The notes under the pieces are model-generated. The model saw only the letters and a list, made by a program, of their open reading frames with translations, was not told where the DNA came from and ran no database searches. The translations under genes and the position numbers were made by a program. Shown here piece after piece: positions 54,199 to 64,000 of a stretch of DNA of 64,000 nucleotides. This DNA comes from Octopus vulgaris (Eukaryota), in contig OX597816.1 in NCBI GenBank assembly GCA_951406725.2, positions 76,322,001 to 76,386,000 on the forward strand, written 5' to 3'. Within the stretch, counting starts at the first letter, position 1. Each line of letters starts with the position of its first letter.

Positions 54199-54390
54199 GG
54201 TTAATTCAAACATGAACAAAGGGAAAACACAACAAGACAAGGACGTGGAACAAGTATAGTGTTATTGGACGCTCATGAAAGAAGGAAAGAAGGAGGATCT
54301 AACGTTTCGAGAGGAGCTCTTCGTCAGAAACATAGAAAAAGGAAAGATCCAAGGAAGAGAACGATACAAATGCGGTCACATATTGAAATG
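54199..54390 (-). mobile_element. Family B short repeat with an intact CUGACGA/GAAA core
   Basis: Core at 54297-54331 on the minus strand: GUUU-CUGACGA-A-GAGC-UCC-UCUC-GAAA-CG-UU-AGAU. Confidence 0.75.
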
Positions 54391-54419
54391 GTTATATAGT
54401 TGGTTACATTAACAAGTGA

Positions 54420-54743
54420 ATGCACATGGCTAAGTGGTAGGTGGATTCGGCTTACGAGCATCAGGTCGTGAGTTCAATTTCCGGCGACGATGCACTTTAT
54501 TTCACGTTGCAAAATACACTTTATTTCACGTTGCTCCGGTCCACCCAGCTGACAAAGAGTAGCAACTGTATTTCAAAGGATCAGCATTTTCATATTCAAT
54601 GACACGCTGAATCTCATTGTGAACCAAGTTAAGTGCACACGTGTCTGTGGAGTGGTCAGCCACTTGCACGTTAATTTCACTAGAACGCTGTTCCGTCGAT
54701 TGGATCAACCGGAAACCTCGTTGTCGTAACCGACGGAGTGCCA
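54420..54743 (+). mobile_element. tRNA-derived SINE (third family)
   Basis: A-box-like TGGCTAAGTGG and B-box-like GAGTTCAATTTCC. Body CACTTTATTTCACGTTGCTCCGGTCCACCCAGCTG with an internal duplication; 3' end CGTAACCGACGGAGTGCCA. Confidence 0.7.
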
Positions 54744-56008
54744 TTTATATTGACAACAGTAAGCGAACTGTACTTATTTCATAGACACCAAAGGTAAAAA
54801 TTGATATCGCTGTGACTGGAACTAAGAACTCTAAGTAGCATGAAACTTTGTCCGCCCCCTACTGATTCTGCCTATTCATCCACCCTGAAGCGTGGTAAAC
54901 ATTAAAATTTTAAAAAAATAGCATAAATATGAACATGGTAACAATCAGCTCTCATGTATAGTGCCAAGAGATTAAAGTTTGCTGATCATCAAATCAACTC
55001 AGCAGCAAACTGCACATAAAACCGCTTTACCAGAACAGCGAGCATTATAAAGTTTTCAGAGCAAGAACTGTAAAACAGCAAAATATTTTTTTTTTAAATA
55101 GAAATAAGCGGGGTAAAACAGCAAAATAATTTTTTTTTTAAATAGAAATAAGCGGGGTTCCAAATAGACACAAATGTACGTAAGTTCATAAACACGCTTA
55201 AACGCATGCATAATTCAAAACACACACGTGCACACACACACACATGCACACACACACACACACACACACATACACACACACACACACACACACATGCACA
55301 CACACAAAGCGTACATCCCGACCGCGCACGAACATGAGTTTATGCAGACATTCAAATGAGGATGTCTCCAAAATGATTTATGAAACGCACACACATACAC
55401 AAACACACATACACACATAATATGAATGTGTGTGCGTATTAATATGTATGTATGCATGAATATATATAAGCATTTATGTGTGTATATACATGTATGCATA
55501 TATATGTACATGTGATAAGTATTTATATTTTGGTTGTGTCTGTATACGTGTGAACGTGCGTATTATGTACGTTTGTTTGTAAGTACCTACATATGTACAT
55601 CTAGTTGATTAAATCATTGAATTCTCTTGATGTAATAATTATTTTCTTTCCTTCTAGCCTCTCAAGTACTTGTCGATTCGTCGATTTATTGATCTGTTTA
55701 AACAACCATTCCAATTATCTAAGACAATAACATCCAGTTTTTCATTTCTTTCATCCAGTCCGGTTTTTTTATTTCTCTTTCTCATTCATGGATTCCTCTG
55801 TTAGCACCCCCTTTCTTCTATCTGTTTCTCTCCGGATATGTATGTTTAATCCTCTCGACCATCACACACGCACACACACATGCACAGTTACTCACACATA
55901 TTAAGAATCTTAAATTACTTTTACATTATTTTTCACATTTACATACATACGCACATCTATGCATCCATGTGTGGTGTGTATGTATGTATATATATAATAT
56001 ATATATGA

Positions 56009-56047
<39 letters not shown>

Positions 56048-56377
56048 CATACATCTACATATATATTTTATATATATCATAGGATACATATACACACATA
56101 CGTATGCACATGTATATATATGTATGTATGGGTGGATGGATGGATGGATGGATGGATGGATCAATGCAGAAAAGAAATAAATATTGGTAACGGAAAAGGG
56201 AGGGATATAGCAGTTTCCAAGTGAGATGAAGCATTACAATTAAGAAGCAAATCGCAGCAGAAATACTAGCAGTGAAATTATGGTTAAATTATGGATAAAA
56301 AGGAAGCGGTATTATTTAAAGGGGGATATGGTAATAAGAGTCGTTATTGTGCTTTTACTATTCACACACACACACAC

Positions 56378-56420
<43 letters not shown>

Positions 56421-56489
56421 TACATAGACACACACACACATACACACACACACACATATATATATACATACACATATATACACATGCAT

Positions 56490-58480
56490 ATATGGGCACA
56501 GGATGTCACCACAGTAAACAACAATATATACGAAAACAATGAGTTCAATACACAAACAACAAGAGAAACAAATGGAAAACAGGACAAGTATATAAAGAAC
56601 GACCTTTCATCAGATGTCGACGGTCTATCTACTTCTCATTTCGAGCATTGATCGACAATATGAGTCCTCGAAGACTATTGCTCCTATAAGTAAACAAACA
56701 TGAAGGGTCGTTAGACCAGAACGAGGGTAAAATAGCGAACGCCGCCTCCAGGCCATTTCAGTAGACTAGACTTGTACCTGCACGACTGCAATGCGCTGGT
56801 CGACCGATTCAATTTCAAAAAAAGATCTCTCCGAGCCAACCTCACCCGTGCTGAATCGATCGCCCTCGCGATCCCTGTCATTGGACCAGCAGGAAAAGGT
56901 GGAGCAGTGGTGGTGTGGTGCGGGGACCTATACAGAGATGTTCGGCTACGTGCGAACACTCCCTTTGCCCGTCACTTCCGCTTTGCAAACCCCCTCTAAC
57001 ACCTCCGACTTTAGCCTCGCTCTGCACCACAGATTCACACACTCACGACTCTGCCTAGAACAGCGGTATATCTTTAATCTACGAACAATTATCCACTTCG
57101 GACTAAACACAACCCCCTCCTCCTATTGACTGCCTCTACACCTCCTGCAAGAAAGCAACCTTATTCCATTTTCACTTCTTTTTTTGTAAATTGCGCCATT
57201 TTATATTGTATTAACTTCTTTATCTCCTTTCTACCTTACTTTTTATAATTCATTGCTTTTATTTCTATATACACGCACACATACAGACACATACGTACAC
57301 ATCCATACATACATGAAAAAGCACACGCACCCGTGCACACACATTAATGCGCATATATCTCTCACACACACTACACATATACAACACACATACATGCACA
57401 TATACACATACACATACTTCCACACACACACACACGCACATACACACGCACACACGCGCACACACATATGCCCACACATACATTTGCACACATAACCCGA
57501 CACACATCTCCACGTTCACGCATACATATACACATGCATGCACATACGCACATACACACACGCACAAACATATACACACGTACATACACATATATACGCA
57601 TATTCGCACATGCATGTACACACGCACACGAATGCACACATGCACGCACACACGCACATGAATGCACACATGCCTAACACTCACAACCCCACGCATACCC
57701 GTATACACACACGCACACGCACACACGCACACAAATACACACGCACACAAATACACATGCGCACATACACGCACATACAGACACATGTACACACGCACAT
57801 ACATTCACACGCGCGCACATATATACACACACGCACACACACAGAGTAACGTACAGTTACTGTACAGACACAACCTCACACGTACACACACATATATACA
57901 TATACAAACACACACACTGCAAACAAAACACACAAACAGTACATATATATACACGCACACACACATACTTCAAACTACCAGTACCTTTCTACTGACCATT
58001 CTCCTACGCACATGTGTAGGTTGAGACACGACAGCCACTCCTAATTCTTCCTATGACCTTAAACGATAGTAAGTCCAACCACACACATACATAAACAGCC
58101 ACAACCACACACATACACACATACACACACACTCGCACGCACATACACATACTATCATTACACACATACACATATGCAGACGCACGCACACGCACATACC
58201 CACATATGAACACACACATATCTCCTTCTTTTGCACTCTCCTGTCTTTGAAAGAACTTTTTCTTCCCCCATTCCCTTCCGGTCATTTCAATATGTGACCG
58301 CGTGTGTATCGTTGGCGATTTTCTTTCTCCTTCTTCCCTTCTTTGGAATTTTTCTATACCACTGATGAAGAGCTCCGCTCGAAACGGGAAATCCTCTTTC
58401 TTTTCTTTCGTTTCCTGAGTGTCCAATAACACTGTACTTATTCCACGTCCTTGTTGCTTGTTCATGTTTGGATTGACTAC
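56490..58480 (+). mobile_element. Internally deleted Neptune-like Penelope element with a probable HHR-bearing 3' terminal repeat
   Basis: NLTRAESIAL...VIGPAGKGGAVVVW..DLY (ADKG-type motif upstream of PLE RT) is fused to PFARHF...SRLCLEQRYIFNLRT..HFGLN (GIY-YIG C-terminus). CA-rich tract at 57270-57965; family B repeat at 58283-58480. Outer limits are inferred. Confidence 0.65.
58358..58390 (+). ncRNA. HHR core in a family B repeat
   Basis: CUGAUGA-A-GAGC-UCC-GCUC-GAAAC; stems I and III are degraded. Confidence 0.5.
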
Positions 58481-58496
58481 ATACATACACATACAC

Positions 58497-58573
<77 letters not shown>

Positions 58574-58719
58574 AATATATATATATATTCATATATATTT
58601 ATACGCACGTACACATATATATGTATCTACATCCATATCTATATCTATATATACACACGCGTATATGTATTGTAATGAGAAAAAGAATGAAGTGTTATAT
58701 GATTTATATGATTTTATTT

Positions 58720-58838
58720 GCTGACATCTTTCGTAAAGCTTGCGTGAAATGGCTTGAAACACATAATCGATCAATTAAATAATCAATTAATCAATAAAAT
58801 ATTGCGACAGTTATCTCGCAAACTCTTCTCATCAGACC
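58720..58838 (-). ncRNA. Type I hammerhead motif with long stem II
   Basis: GGU-CUGAUGA-GAAGAGUUUGCG...CGCAAGCUUUAC-GAAA-GAUG-UC-AGC. GUC triplet; one stem I mismatch. Confidence 0.65.
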
Positions 58839-59921
58839 TGAAAAGTAGATCTGTTAGATTTTTTCAAACACTGCTAGAAACTCGAGAAAGTAGACAATAA
58901 GTGTATCGTATTACATTCCCTATACATATATATATATATATATATATACATTCCAGTGATTAGATCCAGAGATTCTCAGTACAGAAGACATTTGATATGT
59001 GCCCAAAAGACTCCGATGTCTTTACAGGGGATCGATTCTACAAGGTAAAGCATGACTGTAAGAGGGATCAAGTTAAATACATTAAATATATTAAATAAAA
59101 TAGTTTGGGTATGAATCAGAAAGTATAAATATAGGGATATCTATATTAATAGGTGAAACTTACACAGAGTACAAACATGGGAGAAAATTGAAGAGGTGGA
59201 AGAAAGGTATAATAAGGCCATCAGCTGTTTACCGAGGCTCGGACATCCATAAAGATGTTGGTAGATTTAGTTAAACATAATATGTGGCTGGAATGGATAC
59301 AATCAACATTGGATAAGGCGAGTCTCCCTCATCAGAGTAGAGGTATTTCATTTCAGATCTTAATGCAATGAGGTTCAAAGATGGAATGATTAAATGTGGA
59401 GAGCTAGCTGTATTGGATGGGAAAATATGAAGATTGGTGGGTTATAGGGGTGGAGGTGCAAGATTGGGGGGTTGATAATGAAGGTACTAAGGGAGATGGT
59501 GGCAGAGGTGGCGAGTTGGGAGATGCATAAGAGGGTCAGGATAGAATTTGAATGGTAAGGAATCGAGTTGGATTTGTGTCTAGGTGTCAAAGTTTAGGAA
59601 TAATAGCCATAGGATTATTGTAAGGTGAGGTAATGAGAAAAGGAAAGGCAATTATTTGAGGTAGGTAAAGTGTCTAGTTCAATGGTAGAAAGAGATTACT
59701 AAAGTATGTACAAAAGTATGAGAAGGGGTAGAGGAGGACAGCGTCGAAGGGGTGAGTGAATGGACAAGTTAGCAGTGGTTAGTAGAATTATGAATTTGAG
59801 TTGGTATTGGGATGGGAGTACTGAGTATATGGAAATGTATGAAATTGAATAGAGAGATGTTAATAGAGAAGGGAGGAGAGGTTGACAGGTTAATATCTAA
59901 TTGAGTGGGGGTAGTAGTAAG

Positions 59922-60104
59922 TGCCTTTGGTTGAAGAGGAGAAATGAGAGGAGGGAAAGGATAGCCTCCCCATCTTCACAAGTGGTATACTTTCCATGCT
60001 CTAAGTGGGGATGGGGAGATTTTACAAGATGCGAAGCAATGGGATTGAAACCGAGAATACTCGCATTTGTATGGGTGCTTCATAAGTACAAGAATATGAC
60101 TGAG

Positions 60105-60153
<49 letters not shown>

Positions 60154-61196
60154 TTAGAGACAAAACCACTATTTTGCAAATCAAACAAGGAAAGACTTAA
60201 TCAATACATAAAAAAAAAATTAATATAAAGTAAATAAATCGCCACTACAATTGTTTCCTGTCTTCAAATGACATTCATCAGGTGGATTTCATATCTAAAA
60301 ATATCAATATTTAAACAAATAAATTTAAAATGGTTAAAACTATAAATAATATAAATTTATCAATGAAAAAAATATAAAAATATATAATCTATATATAATC
60401 TATATATAATATAATCAAGAACTAAAATAACCTCTATAAACAATTGAATATAAAGAAACCTATTATTAAAGTTCTCATATTTAAAGATGAAGAATCTAAT
60501 TTCAAAAAACAAATGTATATATAGTCAATAATAAAAGGGTAAAATTAATTAATTATTTAATTATTAATTAATAATTTTACCAAGTAGAGTTCAGTATGTA
60601 AAAAGACCATTTACGGTATATTTAAAACATTACGTTATATAATTAGGGTTCAGTAAAAAAATTTACTTTACCACACACCGAACTTTTAGAAATAGCAGCC
60701 AAAAAGTTTAGCTATTTCGTGTACTATAAGAAAAGTCTCCCAGATAATGTATACTCAAAAATAATTCACTTACGTATAGAGGGAAAAATAACGAAAGGTC
60801 ACACGTACATCGATTACTTGAGAACGCCGTTTCTGGATTAGGTGGATATAGAGATCAACATTTCCGTCATCAGCCCAAGATTTCTTTAGGTTTGAATTTG
60901 AGAGCACTAAAAATCGAACATACCCGTCTGATATGAGTAATCCCAGACAAATCATCTTCGACTTCCAGTACTAACGAATTCAAAAAGTACGAATGAGGCT
61001 TCACATTCTTCCCCGTCCACCCACATAATTATTCAATTCCACTGCGTCGCATCTTGTGCAAGTTTTTTTATCTAAGAGAATGGCAGTGTTAGATAAAAAT
61101 TCCCCACCCCCACTGAGAGGAAGGAAAGAATACGACTTTTGAAGATGAGGCGGCTATTCTTTCCCTCCTCTCATTTCTCTTCTTCAAACAAAGCAC
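59922..61196. repeat. Diverged inverted repeat pair (59922-60050 and 61033-61196)
   Basis: GAAGAGGAGAAATGAGAGGAGGGAAAGGATAGCCTCCCCATCTTCA matches the reverse complement of TGAAGATGAGGCGGCTATTCTTTCCCTCCTCTCATTTCTCTTCTTC; CAAGATGCGA pairs with TCGCATCTTG. Confidence 0.75.
60242..60285 (-). ncRNA. Minimal type I hammerhead ribozyme with intact core
   Basis: CCAC-CUGAUGA-A-UGUC-AUUUGAA-GACA-G-GAAA-CAAUUG-UA-GUGG. Predicted cleavage between 60246 and 60245. Confidence 0.78.
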
Positions 61197-61426
61197 ATAC
61201 CCTAAAATCTCCGACAGAGATGTTAAGTTAGTAAAAAAGACTTTAACGTCTATTTCTAGCAGTACGTGGTGAGGGATTAAGCTGACCCCTTGTTATAACT
61301 ATGAATATAATTACAAAATAATTTGTAAAATTTACCTAAAAGGTTTTTATTTCCGCACTGGCTACCTGTAAAATCATTATTAATTTTAACCTCTCTCTCT
61401 TTCTATCTCTCTCACTTTCTCTCTCT

Positions 61427-61494
<68 letters not shown>

Positions 61495-61501
<7 letters not shown>

Positions 61502-61710
61502 AGAGTGGTGGGTCTGGTCGATTTCATTGTCTTCAGTCCTCAAGTAGTGATAGTAAGGTTATCGACTCTCAAAGAATAAAATTCGAAGTTGAACTCAGAA
61601 CGTGTCTTCATAAGCACATATATATGCACACAGGTATAAACGCACTTATGCATCCATTGACAAGGTAGCAAAATCACAAAAAAATTGTGGAAAACATAAA
61701 GAAAAATAAA
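61495..61710 (-). mobile_element. Degenerate Meta-like SINE
   Basis: TTATCGACTCTCAAAGAATAAAA...TTGAACTCAGAACG resembles 94-152. Confidence 0.5.
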
Positions 61711-62350
61711 TGAGTGAAAATCGAATCCCTGTGTGCGATAAATATTAAGGCACATGCATATACATACATATATAAATATATATTTGTGTGTGTGAGTGTG
61801 TGTTTGTGTGTGGCAATAAAAACAAAGGGATGTGTTTTACAGTATCGCTAAAATCTTTTCTTTGGGAGATTTTATAGCATTGCAACTTCCTATAGGTGGT
61901 CATGTATGAAGTAAAACATCTAGAACATAATGAAAAGAGAAAAGGAAAACGAAGGACTGACTTGCTCAACGACATGCCACTGGGCTACGCTGACAAGAGG
62001 CACATCGGTATTTGCACGTATGCAACGCAGTATAGCTTGAAGATTCGGGACGTTCTCTTTCATGTTTCACAGTATCGCATAGATGTTACACTTCTACACA
62101 CTTGCTTGTACAATGTTACAATGCAATAAAATCTCATCATGAAATGATTGTAGCGACTCCATGCAATCCATTTGTTTGCTTTCATTGATATTTTACTCCG
62201 TGCTGAAGTTCTTTTGAACTTTGGACGCTCTTGAATTTGCCAAATACCAGTGGACTCCTGGATTGTTTACCTTTCAATTTGTGTGGTATCACATAACCAT
62301 TAATGTGGTCTGTTTTAGTATGATACGCACCAATATATCAATCATCTTTA

Positions 62351-62567
<217 letters not shown>

Positions 62568-62722
62568 TTTGAATTGTATGTATTATATGTATATATATAT
62601 ATATATATATAAATACATATGCATAAATAAATATATTTTCATATATGTACGTATATATAGGTATGTATATATAAGTATGTATATGTTCATATACATATAT
62701 ATATGTATATAATATATTATAT

Positions 62723-62787
<65 letters not shown>

Positions 62788-63018
62788 CGTATATACATAT
62801 ACATATATTACCCTCTCTCTCTTGTATATGTATATACAAGTTATATATAAGTCTCTTTTGAACTATTTTCTTATTGATTTTGATATTAAATTGTAATATG
62901 AATTTATCTATCTACATATGTGTACGTATGCAAGAATACATGCTGGGGACTGTAAGTGTGGATGTGTTTCCGCGTGGATATGTATGTGCGTGTGGGTGGT
63001 GGTGTTGTGTGTGTGTGT

Positions 63019-63050
<32 letters not shown>

Positions 63051-63374
63051 CTGCTGTTACTTCCGTTTGGACGTTCGTGGCTCGAGCTCTACGCATTTCG
63101 AGATAAGGGTTTTGGTAAATTGCTATTTGCATTTCACGCTTGCCAAGCGTTTGTTTAATAGCGAACACTTTAATACATTCTTTTTCTCACAGTTTGTCTG
63201 TCTGTGTGTCGGTGTGTTGACAATGATAAGTTTGTAGATGACATGTTCTTCCTTCAAAAGTACTCGTACCTGAGGTTACAGTTTGGTATATGAATGTTTC
63301 CAATTTATGCGATTACATCTATCTATCTATCTATCTAGCCGTCTGCCTGTTTATCTATCTACCTAGCCATCTAT

Positions 63375-63445
<71 letters not shown>

Positions 63446-64000
63446 CCTAAATATATATATTCATACATACATACATGTATATATGTAATGTGTGTATATA
63501 TACATACATGTATATATGTAGTGTGTGTATATATACATACATGTATATATGAGTGTGTGTATGTACATCCGTATGCATACATACATACTTATTTACATGC
63601 ATAGATGTATATATGTATGTATACGGATGAAAATACACACACTCACACACACACTTACACATACCCATGCATGTATACAGACATCTGAAGAGAAAGTTGA
63701 CACCATTATTTTTGAAAGATTTATTTCTATAAACAAAATAATGTCATTTGATGCATTTGAATATTTAATCTAGTATTTAGTAGACATGTTTTGTGCATAA
63801 TATATTAGCATGTTTGCAGTATCAGGTAGCACCCGCTAGTGTCCACACAGGTAAAACGGAAGAATGAGTATGTATGTTCTCATCTATCTTTAATTATTTA
63901 AATTCTTCCTCTCGGGAAGGAGCGTGTTTCTAGGAAGGATAAAAATTTATCATCGTTGGAATGTAGATAATGAGAATAACTCACATTTCAAATTGGAGAA

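Noticed and set aside
59215-59340. Minus-strand CUGAUGAGGG...AAACAGCUG
   Set aside because: GAAA and UH are disrupted and the stems do not pair; too decayed to call.

Overview
AT-rich eukaryotic DNA, saturated with microsatellites and with no recognisable host protein-coding exon. It is most likely intronic or intergenic cephalopod (Octopus-like) sequence, judged from the SINE families and the (TA)n/(CA)n/(TACA)n/(ATCT)n density; that assignment is inference. Almost all ORFs in the track are microsatellite translations. Supportable content: two copies of one DD34D mariner; fragments of CR1-group, R4/Dong-like, HERO-like and another restriction-like-endonuclease (REL) LINE; several Penelope-like element (PLE) remnants; and many tRNA-derived SINEs. 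The main hidden signal is roughly 20 intact or decayed type I hammerhead-ribozyme (HHR) motifs on both strands, many with palindromic stem III, long stem II inserts, and flanking inverted repeats. The clearest case is a 473-bp insertion (22115-22587) bounded by a 13-bp target-site duplication (TSD). It consists of a 356-nt HHR-containing monomer, a 68-nt read-past repeat and a 53-nt inverted cap, which fits a non-autonomous circular-RNA retrozyme. Also notable are a spacer-less 2.1-kb palindrome with a duplicated, self-palindromic centre (28889-30985) and a consensus recursive-splice candidate (polypyrimidine-CAG|GTAAGT at 18292/18293). All folds and alignments were done by eye.
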